56,329 nucleotides of DNA from Phoronis australis (Eukaryota > Animalia > Phoronida), in NCBI GenBank assembly GCA_002633005.1, contig NMRA01000316.1, positions 336,194 through 392,522 of the forward strand, in the 5' to 3' direction. Shown here piece after piece: positions 26,166 to 38,259 of the stretch (within the stretch, counting starts at the first letter, position 1; every line of letters starts with the position of its first letter). The position numbers were made by a program, and so were the translations under genes. The notes under the pieces were generated by a model, which ran no database searches, had not been told where the DNA came from, and saw only the letters and a list, made by a program, of their open reading frames with translations.

Positions 26166-27277
26166 TTTTTATGCGCCCACATATTTATATGTGGACGCAT
26201 TATGCCGTCATCTCTGTCCGTCCGTCCGTCCGTCCGTCCGTCCGGGCGGCGTCCGGTGTCCGGCGTCCGGCGTCCGCTGCTCTATCTCCAAAACCCTTTG
26301 ACATACCTTCATGAAATTTGGCACATATGTTCCATTCATGAATGGGACGGCATGTGCGAACGTTCGGACGGATCCGACTACCGGTGTGCCCCCTAGTGGC
26401 AATTTTAGTTTTTTACGCTTACCTTTGTATCTTCAAAAGTCCTTAACGGATTTTCATAAAATTTGGTATGTAGGCACCTATTAGTGAGATGACGCTATCC
26501 TGCCGTTTTCAGATGGATTCGACGTAGTTTGCGCCACCTAGTGGCCATTTTTAGTGTTTTCGAGTCTGTTTTTGTGCGTCCACCCCTCTATCAACCAAAC
26601 CGCTCAAAGGATGATTGTGAAAATTGGCATGTATATGCTTACTATGTAGAGGACGGTTGACGATGATTTTCNNNNNNNNNNNNNNNNNNNNNNNNNNNNN
26701 NNNNNNNNNNNNNNNNNNNNNNNNNNNNNNNNNNNNNNNNNNNNNNNNNNNNNNNNNNNNNNNNNNNNNNNNNNNNNNNNNNNNNNNNNNNNNNNNNNNN
26801 NNNNNNNNNNNNNNNNNNNNNNNNNNNNNNNNNNNNNNNNNNNNNNNNNNNNNNNNNNNNNNNNNNNNNNNNNNNNNNNNNNNNNNNNNNNNNNNNNNNN
26901 NNNNNNNNNNNNNNNNNNNNNNNNNNNNNNNNNNNNNNNNNNNNNNNNNNNNNNNNNNNNNNNNNNTTCCAAGTAGAAATTTGTTTCTGGCATTCTAATG
27001 CTGTGCTAATCTCGTATGTTGGTAAATTTGTTTTTAATTCTATGTTTCTGTGGTGCTTTAAGCAACTGGTGTATAGGATGTGCTTGTATTATGAAGATTA
27101 CTCACATTTTGCCCCTAGCCTATTGAGGAGACAATGTTCACGCCTTTCCATTTTGCTAAGTACAACATACATATATGCCCTCTACTGGCCACTTTATCGT
27201 ACCAATAAACAACCCTAGAAGGATACCGTTTGCGGTGCAATTGTGGGCGCATTTCATCGCTCTGCGTTGCTCTTGTT
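26166..27277 (+). mobile_element. young family A Helentron/HINE element nested in the previous copy
   Basis: Perfect 11-bp subTIRs atgcgcccaca (26171) and tgtgggcgcat (27242), a pure (GTCC)n tract at 26216-26243, and insertion in a T-run without a TSD. Confidence 0.85.
26672..26966. other. assembly gap (295 N)
   Basis: Run of N inside the nested tandem-repeat element. Confidence 1.
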
Positions 27278-27883
27278 ACTGTTTTCATGTCTGTTTTTTG
27301 GCGTCCAATCCTCTATCAGCCAAACCATTTTAAGAATAATTTTGATAATTGGTGTGTACTCGATTACGCTGACAACTTCGGTTGTTGTGGCACCTCCTAG
27401 TGGTGGTTTTGTTTTGTTTTGTTTTGCGACCGTAGCTGTATCTCCTAAACCCGCTGCAGGATCTTAAATTGAGCATTAGTGTATTTATATGAAGCTAACA
27501 ATAGACGACGACCTTGAGGCGGACGCTGCGCCCCCTAGTGGCAATTTCATTTTTTTCTGATTTCCTTTGCTTCTCTGAAGTTCCTTGACAGATATTTAGG
27601 AAATTTGGTGAATAGCTTTCTATTAAAGAAGCGATGGCATGTTTCGTTTTCAAATGGAGTGGATGTGTTGCGCGATCTAGTGGCCATTTTTATGATAGAA
27701 ATGAAGATTTCCAGAAGCACATCGTTTGCGGTGCTTTCGTGGGCGCATTTCAGCGCTCTGCGTTTCTTTTGTCATCCATGATATCTGAATGGTTTCCAGT
27801 TTTGCCAATGCAATCAGTTTGGTCACCACGTGATATACTGAAGATACTTCCATTATTTGTGTCGTTTTTCCTTTTCTTTTTAG

Positions 27884-29883
27884 CTTACTTTGTTTCACTG
27901 GTGCTACTGGGAAGTTCCATAAAGACGCTGCTGCGCCTGTACCAGCTCATAGCTGCCTTTGGCCTCCTGCTTTGCTCTGGATTGGTCTCGAGGGTTTACC
28001 TAACGGCCGATTTAGACAACTTCTCCTTAGCTGCTGCCCTCAAGTGGACGTCAGTGTCGGACATAAAGAACGCTACGGAAGTGAATTACACATGGCTTGC
28101 TGTGCATGTCGGCCTCCAGTGTATCATCAACTCACTCATATCATATTTACTGAAACTAACGCATGCCCAGAGATTTCTTCTGATGGCATATTGCCTGCCA
28201 ATCATTGCCAGCACCATCGGAATAGCAGCAACGGAGTTGCTTACGGGATATGTGTTTGTAAATCGGTTCGTGTTAATCCTGGCTTTAATTTATGCCCTCA
28301 GTAAGGCAAGCTTTATGTATGGCTTGATCAAAATGGATCTGATTTTCTGGGCCAGCAGTTGGCGAGTGCTGGGAGTTTTAACAACGTTGATAACATGCTG
28401 GAAACAATTCAAAATGTCGGCACAACTGTCAATCTTTTGGTTTCTGCTCTACCTTCGTTGTTTGGCAAAACAGTTTCTCATTTCACCGGAAACCAGCGAA
28501 AGTAGGTATATGACTGCATTCTCGTGTTTGGGGGAGGCATGCTCCACTCAGCTCAGCATTATCGCCTGCTGTTTCACCGTGTCTTATCTCTCTAAGATGC
28601 TCATAGCTGTCATCCGCAAAGTCGTGATTGGTGACGGAACGGGAGCCCACGAAGAAGTCGCGGCCAGCGGTAATGCGGAGGGTATTATGATGTTTATTAT
28701 TTCAATGCAGATCGATTTACTGGAACTCAAGCCCCTGGAGCGAGCATTCACACTATCGGTAATTGTGTGCCTCATCGTAACAACACTTATACAATCCATT
28801 TACGAGATCACGGAGCCCCATCTGTTGTCATTGAGTGCTGTGGTGACCAGAAACAACATTTGGTCACACATCAAAGCAGTTTCTCTGTGCGTGTTTCTGA
28901 TTTGCCTTCCTGTGGTCATGTGTTACTACATTGGGCGAATGTTCAACCTTGGTGCTGTATCACTGATCATAATGGCGAGTTTTGCCGTGACGTCTTTTCA
29001 AGTTGTCGGTGCACTGATGGTTTACGGGTTGTTCGTTTTCGATTCCTTTCAGGAAACATCATGGCAAGGCTTAGACGACGCTGTGTATTACATACGAGCC
29101 ACCACTCGCGTTATAGACTTCCTGGTAGCCGTCATTGTCGTCGCGTTTGGTTTATACGAGACAGCATTCGGCGAGCGCAACTGGGTCAATCTGATATGTC
29201 TCCTGTTGCACCTCTACTTTGGTATCTGGGTTCGACTGCAGGAAGGCTGGAAGTCGTTTCTGTTGCGGAGAAGCGCTGTTGAAAAGGTTCAGTCTTTATC
29301 AGAGGCAACTGCTGAACAGCTTGAAGAAGTGGATGATGTATGCGCTATATGTCACCAGGAAATGCTCAGCGCGAAAATTACACACTGTAAGCATTTCTTT
29401 CACGACGTGTGCTTGCGTAAGTGGTTGTATGTTCAAGACAGTTGCCCCCTCTGTCATCAGTCTATTACACCTCCAGAGGTGGGACCAGAGGAAATCCGGT
29501 CTTTCCACAGTGATCAGACTAATGAAGTGCCTCCTGCCGATTTCACTGGTGAGTCTCTGCATGAGGCCAGTCAGAAATTAGAGGAAGCGATTGGGAACTT
29601 GAGAGCCGCGATTCATGAATTAGAAGAAGCTAAGAAAAAGAGACAACAGATTGAGGGAGCTGCCAGCGATCCTGGCGGGCAAGGTAGTGCGCTGACCTCA
29701 TTTGACACAGAGACACGGACTAAGCTGAGGAAGTACGCTCAGACTTTAAATGAAATGGCGAGAGACACTGTGACTGTTGAATCATTTAGCAGCCCTTCTG
29801 TTGCTGCCAGCACAGGGGATGCGCCATCTGAGACTGGTAGCATGGACTGTGCTGGCCAATCTTCAGATATATCATGTGATTAA
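27884..29883 (+). CDS. TRC8/RNF139-RNF145-family multi-pass membrane RING-H2 E3 ligase, large terminal exon (713 aa spliced protein)
   Basis: Strong polypyrimidine acceptor tttttccttttctttttag|ct. Many hydrophobic segments (TRC8 N-terminal domain), motifs WQGLDDAVYYI and GWKSFLLRRSAVEKV, and RING-H2 CAICHQEMLSAKITHCKHFFHDVCLRKWLYVQDSCPLC. Stop TAA at 29881-29883. Confidence 0.93.
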
Positions 29884-29910
29884 TTGGGGTGCAGGTTCAA
29901 TGTTTTATTT

Positions 29911-30160
29911 TAAAGTGCCGTCCACACACAGACTTACCCTAGAACTTTACTCCTGGAACTAGTTGTCTATAGGTTTGAAGGCTGAGTGAATGCTATTTAA
30001 ACTAGTGCAACTTTACCCACTTGTGACAACTAAAATGCCGATCACACACAGACTTTCCCTGGAACAAGTTATTCTTGTAACTAGTTGTCGGCTAGGTTTG
30101 GAGGCTGTGTGGAAGCTGTTTAACCTACATGTAGTGCAACTTAACCCACTTGTGGCACCT
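29911..30160 (+). repeat. ~120-bp tandem duplication just after the RING E3 stop codon
   Basis: taaa.tgccg..cacacacagactt.ccct.gaac...ctagttgtc...aggtttg.aggctg.gtg...gtgcaactt.acccacttgtg occurs at 29911 and 30031. Confidence 0.85.
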
Positions 30161-32021
30161 TACTCCACCTTATTCTGGTGGTGTTACTTGTTCTGGGATA
30201 ACTTGCGCCACTTCTAATTCTTGTGTAACCGCAATCCTGATGCAAGGTGGAATTAATAGTATCAGTTACGGTTACATACGGGTCTTCTTTTGCTGCCCGT
30301 ATTTCCATTAGCTGTTCATGGTCTCGCACAGAGCGACAACTTTCGCCTTACCATAGTTACCGATATGTATGTGAACACTGCTCTCAATAGTGGGACAAGT
30401 TGGGCTAATGTAATTTGCTCTAGGGTAGGCTGTGTGGAAGTAATGGGCTGTGTGTACTGTTGTCATGTTTAATTATGTATGTGCTGTATTTGCAAGGAGT
30501 GTGGAATGTTGTAAGCGTTGGTGAGAGGTATACCGATGTTTCAGTAGGTATACATGTAGGTTTCTAGGGACGTACCTATGATGCAAAACAGTTATTCATG
30601 TGGAGAGTTTTGAGATTTCAGTACTTTCTTCATTACGTACCCACTTCAAACGATCGTCAGCATGTACTGATGGGTCACACATTAAATTGACAGTCTGTCT
30701 GCCCATGGTCACGTTTAGGATAGTCATGATAAAGTCCCATCGCCTCACCAAGTGGTTGTTTCGAGCTTACTTTGAAAGTCATGAGGCTCTCACATTTACT
30801 GAGTTTGGTGCATTCGTCTGAAGAGTAGCACCTTATTCATTTAGCTCAGATAATATGACCGAAATGTCAACTTGTCCAAATTTTCTCTTTTTAAGAAAAT
30901 TTCCTCGATTTCGGTTTTGATTTCCTCTTGTTTGATTTCCAGTTTCCTCTTTTTTCATCTCTTTTCATCATCATTTTGACTTTATTTATGCAAAAACGTT
31001 TATTTCAGTTAAGTTTTACAGCACAAAGTATAGTTCTGACACAAGCCTATTTATTTGTGGAACGATACGTCACCTGGAAAATCTGCTTTTGTCGATCATT
31101 CCAAGCCTTAGGAATATACATGTAGGAGCATTCATCCCAAACTAGCTACTAGTGTCGCCTAGCGGCCAACTCGCGAGACTGAGTGATTAAGAAACTGAAA
31201 GCTGGGTCACCTTTCATGTTATTTCGTTTTATTAATGTTATGAGTACGATTACTTGGTTGAGTCCTCGATTTAGTATATCGTCATGTGACTAAGATGATT
31301 TGTTATTAGAATTTAATTATGCTCGAAAATGGGGTAGCCTACATTTCTGCCGCCTCAGCTAAAGTACATGTAGCTTTTCATTTAATATCCTTATGTTTGA
31401 CTCGCTCAAATGAAAGCTAGCTTTCATTGCTGACTATTGTTTCAATCATGTTGTGTGTTACAGTGTCTAGTCTCCCCAACGCACGTCGCAGTGGCGTTCT
31501 CGGTAGAGCTTTCGCGGCCTCTACCCGCTACGACTGAAGAATTTACCGACCGCGAAGTACCACAGTTCTGTAGCGTTGAGTTGCTACATATACATTATTG
31601 TAACTACTGCACTGAAATTGTTGTGGATGAGAAAAATATACATCGTGCACTGGTGTGGTGAAGGTGAATTACTGCAGTCTACGCGCGTTTAGGTCTATAT
31701 GCTTAAACGTGAAGTCGTGCTTATAATCGGAACTGAGGCGCGTATGCCTACACGTGTTAGGGAAACGTTTGAGTAATACCAAGAGGCCGGGTATCTTGTC
31801 ACCTTCGTTGTTTAACAAAAAACGTAAATAAAGGAGTCGTTACAGTAATAAAGAAATCTCACAAAATGTTGCTTTAATGTGCAACACGTCGATTTTCTTC
31901 CCGTAATGAACACATTTTAGAAAACTAACATTTTTGCACATGTCGCCATAAGTGTATCCAGACTCGGAGATTGCTCGACTACTGCCGTCATGGATTATAA
32001 AACATTTCACGCAGCGACAGG

Positions 32022-32277
32022 GATGCAGAACACCCAGGTGGGGGGGGGCTAGAACGAGCCCCCTCTTTGGAGAAGTAGGCAAAAAAGGTCCGCCTTAGAG
32101 AAACAAAAACTCCGAAAAAGTAGAAAACGAGGCAAAGATCACCAAAAAGGCAGTAACTACCAAAAATTCGGCGGATACACAATTCATTGCTATGAACGTA
32201 CCCCGTGAATCTTAATAAAAGCTCCACTGACATTGTCCGACTCCAACTCCTTCATTTTTAGGCTGGGTGCGCGCATT
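32022..32277 (+). mobile_element. hAT-like MITE, family C
   Basis: Ends cacccag and ctgggtg. The body aligns to 51075-51306 (gaacgagccccc..tttggagaa; actccgaaaaagtagaaaacgag; gtgaatctta). Confidence 0.6.
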
Positions 32278-35200
32278 GCGAACTCACTGAATATGAACGT
32301 AAGCATTGCGGGTAACGACGAGAATACTAATAAGTGATTGATATGTGTTATTGTACTTGTTGCGTTAGAACAACGTAAGATTAATGCAAAGAATGTTACG
32401 CTGCGGAGCTTCGTACTTGCTGAACAAAATCTGAATTTGAAGGGAATGTTATTCTGTAATTTTGAGCAAGACAAAGCAGCTTGGATCGCTGTCGGTAAAA
32501 CATATTAGTTGACAACCTTTCCAAGGTTAAAACTTGTCAACTGACACGATAATAAAAAACAGTTATATTAATGTATACGCAGGTTGTCGACCCCGTAATG
32601 CGATACCTGTGCGTTGAATGCACGTCTTGAAACCATGTATTAAAAACAAATACGTCCGTGTTGAAATGGCAGTATCGTGGCTGAGTTATGCACGATATTA
32701 CTAAGAAAAGACCACAAGGGTTTTGGTTGAATTGGGACAGTGTTATGACCCGGGCATTTCGACAATGTCTTATAGATGTTTCTTATTATTTACGTTACGC
32801 GTCCTTAACCCTAAATCGAGTTCATGCACTTAGACTCAGAGGCGGTTCATTGTTGTAATTAAGGTCCACATTTTATTGAAATTTAATTGTGTCCTTGCCA
32901 TGCTGGCATTCTGAAACTTTCAATTCATTGTTTGCTTGTTAAACTCAATTTTATTATCATGATGGTGTGATTAAACGGCCCTTCAAAGAAATTTCTAATG
33001 TATGCGAATTTCTTCACACCTGTATTTGCATCAGATCAGAACTCCATCCCTGGGTAGCCCTAATATCTGCTTAACAACACCGAAATAAGATTGGGATGCT
33101 ATACGAGACACTGTGTGCAACACTTACACTTCACTAAAATTTGTCGTTTTTAGCACGTTTTGTTATATCACTCAAACAGTAAGAACTCAACTTTCCATTT
33201 CAGTTCAGTGCTAAGAACTAACTCAACATGTTAATATCATATACTGATACACATTCTGTGAATATTTTGTTATATTGCCAGATAAAACTCAACAACATAT
33301 TTTTATGTTAATGTATGCATTTTGTGTGTACATTCTGCACTTAAAGTGGGAATGTCCGTGTGTAATTGAGCCTGGCTAATCGTTTGTCTTCAAACTCGTA
33401 AAATCCAAGTAATAAAATTCACATTCAAACGCAAAATTTGTTTAAATGTCGCATAATCATTGCCCATGCTCACACCTGTGTTTCCGTGTTTACTGAGCAA
33501 GTGTTTTTATTTGATGTGAAAATAAACATCTCAACAGCACAGAGTTTATCCTTTTTGACTGAAATAAATCGTATTTAATTACGTTCAATTGTCTTTATTG
33601 GCCACCGGAAAAGTCTAACTTTTCGAGTGGTGAAGACAACTTTTCCGAGTGAAGAAAAAAACAAATTGTGGAATAAATTTCGAACTCCAAGTAATTCGGA
33701 AAGTGGTGTCATCATTTTCCTAAACAAAATTCCCAATCAATAGCTAGCGTCGGCTGTGGGGACGTACAGTGTAATCCCAATATACCTGATGCATTTTGAA
33801 ATATATTTTGCCATCTCTGTTGTCTCGTGATGCTGTTGTTGAGACTGTTTGGTCATTTTTCCGTAGTCAAAGCAGCAGACGCGTTGCTGAGTTCTTATTT
33901 TTACTTCCTTTAATTAGTTTCGAATTGTTTGGAATTAAAACTAGGCAAGATTTTGCGAGTTTTCTCAGCTTTATTTTTCACCAACGTATTGAGTTCAAAT
34001 CCGAGGAATTTAATTGCCGATGTTTCAATGTGACTTTGAAACACCTATTTTAAAAAATCGCCTACGCTTTTTATGCTCAATCGTTTCGTGAGCATTCCTT
34101 GACATACCTTCTTGAAACAGTAATAGAGGTTATGCCAGGTTGCCAGAATACATGTAAGTACACGTATGCAATTTGTTACATATAGTTGCGATATAAAGCC
34201 TTATGCAGAGTTTGAACTAACCCAAAGTGATTTATTGGGCACTGAAGGAAATGAATCCGGAGATGCTCGTCTCTGAAAGGGTACGTCTTATCGTGGATAA
34301 ACTGCTCGTGAGTAAGCCTGCGGCCAGTTCCGTACCAATACATGTAGTCTACTTGCCTTCTGCTGAAGTACCCCGGAGCCGTGAAAATGTCTTGGGTGGT
34401 GATGTACTCGCAGTTACCCTCCGTCGCCGTGTGGTTGATTTTTGGGGAGTAAAATGAACGCAAAAACGGTGCCATAATCTCAAATAAATTTTAATTAAAT
34501 CGCGATCTCAATTCTTTAAAATAAAACACGCCTGAATAAGATTAACCCGTGTACCTACATGTATAGTATGTGATTTTTGTACAGTTCATGTGCGTCTGTT
34601 ACAATGCTTTAGTACGGAATCTGGTGAAACAAATTAATATCACCACTGTGACAATACCACCATAACTCTTGGCTAAAACTTGATATTGTTTGGTTTATTA
34701 GCTTCATAAAAACATAATCATTGGAGATAAGTGCTCCGACTCAAAGTTGGGTTTTTGAATTGTTAAGATAATATGTTGATATGGATGCCTAATTAATAGT
34801 ATTTCGAAATTCGAAAATAATATCAAACAATTTCACCCCACATGCAAAAACATCAGATACCGAGGCCTCGGGCGCTTACGTGACGCAAATTCACGAGCAG
34901 TTTTGTAACTTAGCAAATAATAATTTGCGATGTTAGCGTGTTCATGTAACCTTGTTTTTACGGTTCCATTGTTTTGTGTGTTTACTTCGACTCATTTAAT
35001 ATATGTATATATCAAAAGTAAACCGTAAACAGTCGTGTTGTATTTACTTCAGACGCCTATTTTGCAAGAATTTGTGTAAATGTAAGTACGATATGCTAAA
35101 TAGAAGTCGAACAAAAATCACGAAATGTCACCCGAGGTCAAAATATTGGTCACAAACGTCAATCAATTTACTCATTCATGCACGTTGTAAACAGCTTTTA

Positions 35201-35326
35201 TTTATTTTTGTTTGTATTTATTATTGTGTAAACATTCAGCTTTAGAATATTAGACTGAACTCACAATTATTGTGACGGCAGCACCGTGAACCACGTGATC
35301 TGGCCTTAATCCCGTGGGTTTAGACC

Positions 35327-36095
35327 CCCGGGGGATACTCCTGTGGGAGCGGTACGGGACGTGTCGCTCCAAAGGTTGACTTTCGCGGCCGGTTTGCCTA
35401 AGAAAGGACGCCCTTTATGACAAAATTCAGTACAGAAGGATGTTTTCCGACGAAACTCCGTACATCAAGGGTTCATTTATTGGGAAATACAAACTCCTTT
35501 CCTGCCCCAACTGCACATATACAAGGTTTTCACTATTACAGTTTAAAAAGTTTCTGTCACAAATGATGTTCTTATTACTGACGAGCTATTTTCTGAATTT
35601 AGCCAAAGGCCGGATTCGAACTCAGAGCAGTCGCAGTCGCTACCTGCCGCCTTACTCATGCGAGCTGAATCACAATCGAAATACAATGTTTCATGCGCGT
35701 AGACGGTCATCGGCTTTGATTTCAGCGAATACCTGCTGGCCGACATCGTCGAGAATGTGGAGATTTGTGATGAAATCACAAAAAACAACGGATTTTACTG
35801 TTTTATTGCTCTAGTCAAATTAAATACCTTAAAAAAGTCTATCGCATCCAACAACAGCACCCCAACCTGCGCATTTCGGCAAGCATGAACATAAATGCCC
35901 CTTTCACGGGATTAACAATTGTGCTGTCCAAGAATCCCCCTAGGAAGTGTTAGGTCTGTGGCATTCACACCGACAAAATCCTTCTCAATGGAAACCGTTT
36001 CATCTGATCTCCCCTGTGCATGAGAGTGCCAATGCTCTAAATAGGGGGATGTCCTTATTTTCCAGTCGCACTCAAACAATCTGAGTACCCCCGGG
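35327..36095. mobile_element. non-autonomous DNA transposon with CCCGGGGG-TACTC TIRs (EnSpm/CMC-like)
   Basis: TIRs cccgggggatactc (35327) and gagtacccccggg (36083-36095). No coding capacity seen. Confidence 0.65.
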
Positions 36096-38259
36096 CTTTA
36101 GGTATACGTGACAAAAATCACGATTCGATAACTCCGACTTGAGTCGGACAAAATAAGGTAACTGTTACCGTTGTTGAAAAGTGTAATCAAAATAAACCAC
36201 CATCTGTAATCAGATCAACTTCTTTTCAGAGAAGAATGTTTCATCGCCGCTGCCTGGTTGAAACGAGAGCGTAAATCTTTGTATAAATGAAGCGGTTATC
36301 ACCGGCGTCTGGCAATCGAGCATGTCGAAGCGGCCACAAAAATTCGTGGTCTAGACCAGCGAGTGCAGATACATAAACACCTTTTATCAGACGGAGAAAA
36401 TTCGTGTCTAATTTATGCGAATCTACATCACTGGTAAGAATTGCGTGATTTGTACACGATCTAATTAATGCGCACTTAATTTGGTTGAAGATAGCATTAT
36501 CATCATCATCATCACGTCATCATCATGGTCAGTTGTCCCAAGGGCGGTAACGAGTCATTACTGACAGCGGGATGTCTTATTCAAGTTACATGAGTGTAAA
36601 TCACTGCTTTTGCATCGACTAATTAAATAGTTCATTGCGCTCTATTTTTCACTCTAGAGATATCAATTTGACATCCGTTTTATTCATCGTCATCATCGTT
36701 AGCATCTTCGTCATCACTTGTTCCTGGACACAAATAAGTCAATAAATGGCAACACATAATAAATCTAAATATAGATGATGTAGTAGACCTAAAATATTGC
36801 ATTTTGCCACAGATTCCGTTGGAACATCTTCATTAAAAGTGTGCCATTATTGCATTCATTTTACTGTTCTTTTTATTATTTTGTTTAATGTATGTGATTA
36901 TTAAGTCCTCTGTTTTGTGCGTCGTCGGTATACTGTACTTGGCATTTTTGGACACTTGTTCCGCTTTGCAAACCATTTCCGTCAGAACTTTATGATGGCA
37001 GTTCTCGATGTATGCCATTAAAATGTACCAAAACATAAGGGCGGATTTTTAATTATTCTTTTTAGTCTTTGGTGACACATCAACAAAGTGTCCAGTTGGT
37101 GAATGACACCGTACTTTATTTCCTCATTTAGTGCAAACGTAATGGCACATATTCCTAGTACACGTATGTCAGTGTTATCTTGTTAGATGGTCATATGTGT
37201 TTTATAATCAATTAATGAACGTTGTGAATACAAAGGAAAATTACCTTTGAGGATTTTAGTTTACGTGAGGACCGTAAAAAATGTCCAGGCTTCGCTGCTA
37301 AAATTCGAACATCTTGTCTCTCAAACGGTTGTTCAGATTCATGTGAAACTGAGGTTTATGCACTGTTCTTAACACGCTCTTAGGAATGGTTTTTCAAGTT
37401 TTCAATTTTTGCATTAGGGACATTTGCAATTTTCATGAAAAAAATCAAAAGTTGCAAACCATAAATCTAAATTCAAACAATAATCTAGAAAACTGCAACA
37501 GCATTTTTTGAGATTTCATTTTGAACATGTTTATGAGGGGAAATTTGGTCGTGTTATCGATACCCTGGTTTTCTTATTAGTGCATCATTTTCTGATAAAT
37601 TTTACAAAAAAGACATGGTCACATGACAAATTTTAAGGTCATGTTGGTAAAAAGTAAAAAATATAATATTACAGTCCTTCTGTTTTCAAAAAATACGTTT
37701 TACTGAATTACAGTCTTTAGTTTTTAAATACTCCTTGGATAAAAACACCGACTGGTCGATAACTTCCTACCCAAACCTTGAAGTTTAATGTCCTACAGTG
37801 GCAATTTTCTGTCGATGATGCATGTACATCAGACGAGTGTAAAGGCGTTGAAATTTTAGTGACATATTAAAAGTACTTGGATTTTCTTTTGCATCAAAGA
37901 GATATTTAAGATTATGTTATGCTCCAAACTTTAAGTGTCAGAGCATTTTATCCTATTTAGCTGCCTATGAAGCGAAAATCGAAAACTCCTCTCATAAAAT
38001 CGGCCTCATAATATTCCTTGCTAGAATCATAACGTGGTAACGAAGATGTTACGATACCGCCAAAAAGTAAAATGCCTACTTCAATTTTCGTTCCTTTTTA
38101 GCAAAGAACTTAAAGCGCAAGATGATCTTTGTTTTGTCACCGTTAATAAGTTTTAGTTAAGAACATCTTCATGTAGGATAAACTGGTCGATTAGAATCTG
38201 ACAAAGAGGCCGAAAAGATCTTTTGCTTCCTGGGTCATTGAACTTATCTTAGTAGTAGT

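Larger units (their letters stand above)
25095..27772 (+). mobile_element. family A Helentron/HINE element (host of a nested copy)
   Basis: 5' hairpin tatgcgcccacatat-tt-atatgtggtcgcata. The subunit array is interrupted at 26170 and resumes at 27278. 3' end gtgggcgcatttcagcgctctgcg at 27739-27762. Confidence 0.85.

Noticed and set aside
26604-26998. ORFs containing X runs
   Set aside because: Artefacts of the N gap.
22023-27772. CRISPR-like reading of the regularly spaced CCCCTAGTGG motifs
   Set aside because: The 'spacers' are homologous to one another, the period is about 147 bp, there are no cas genes, and the DNA is eukaryotic and intronic.
27634-27883. N-terminal 83 aa of the listed 749-aa ORF
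   Set aside because: It runs through the 3' end of a HINE and the polypyrimidine tract. The family-typical N-terminus is in the exon at 18275-18416, which splices in frame at 27884.
34149-34160. GTAAGT donor-like site
   Set aside because: It overlaps a TACATGTA footprint-type octamer and has no convincing upstream exon.
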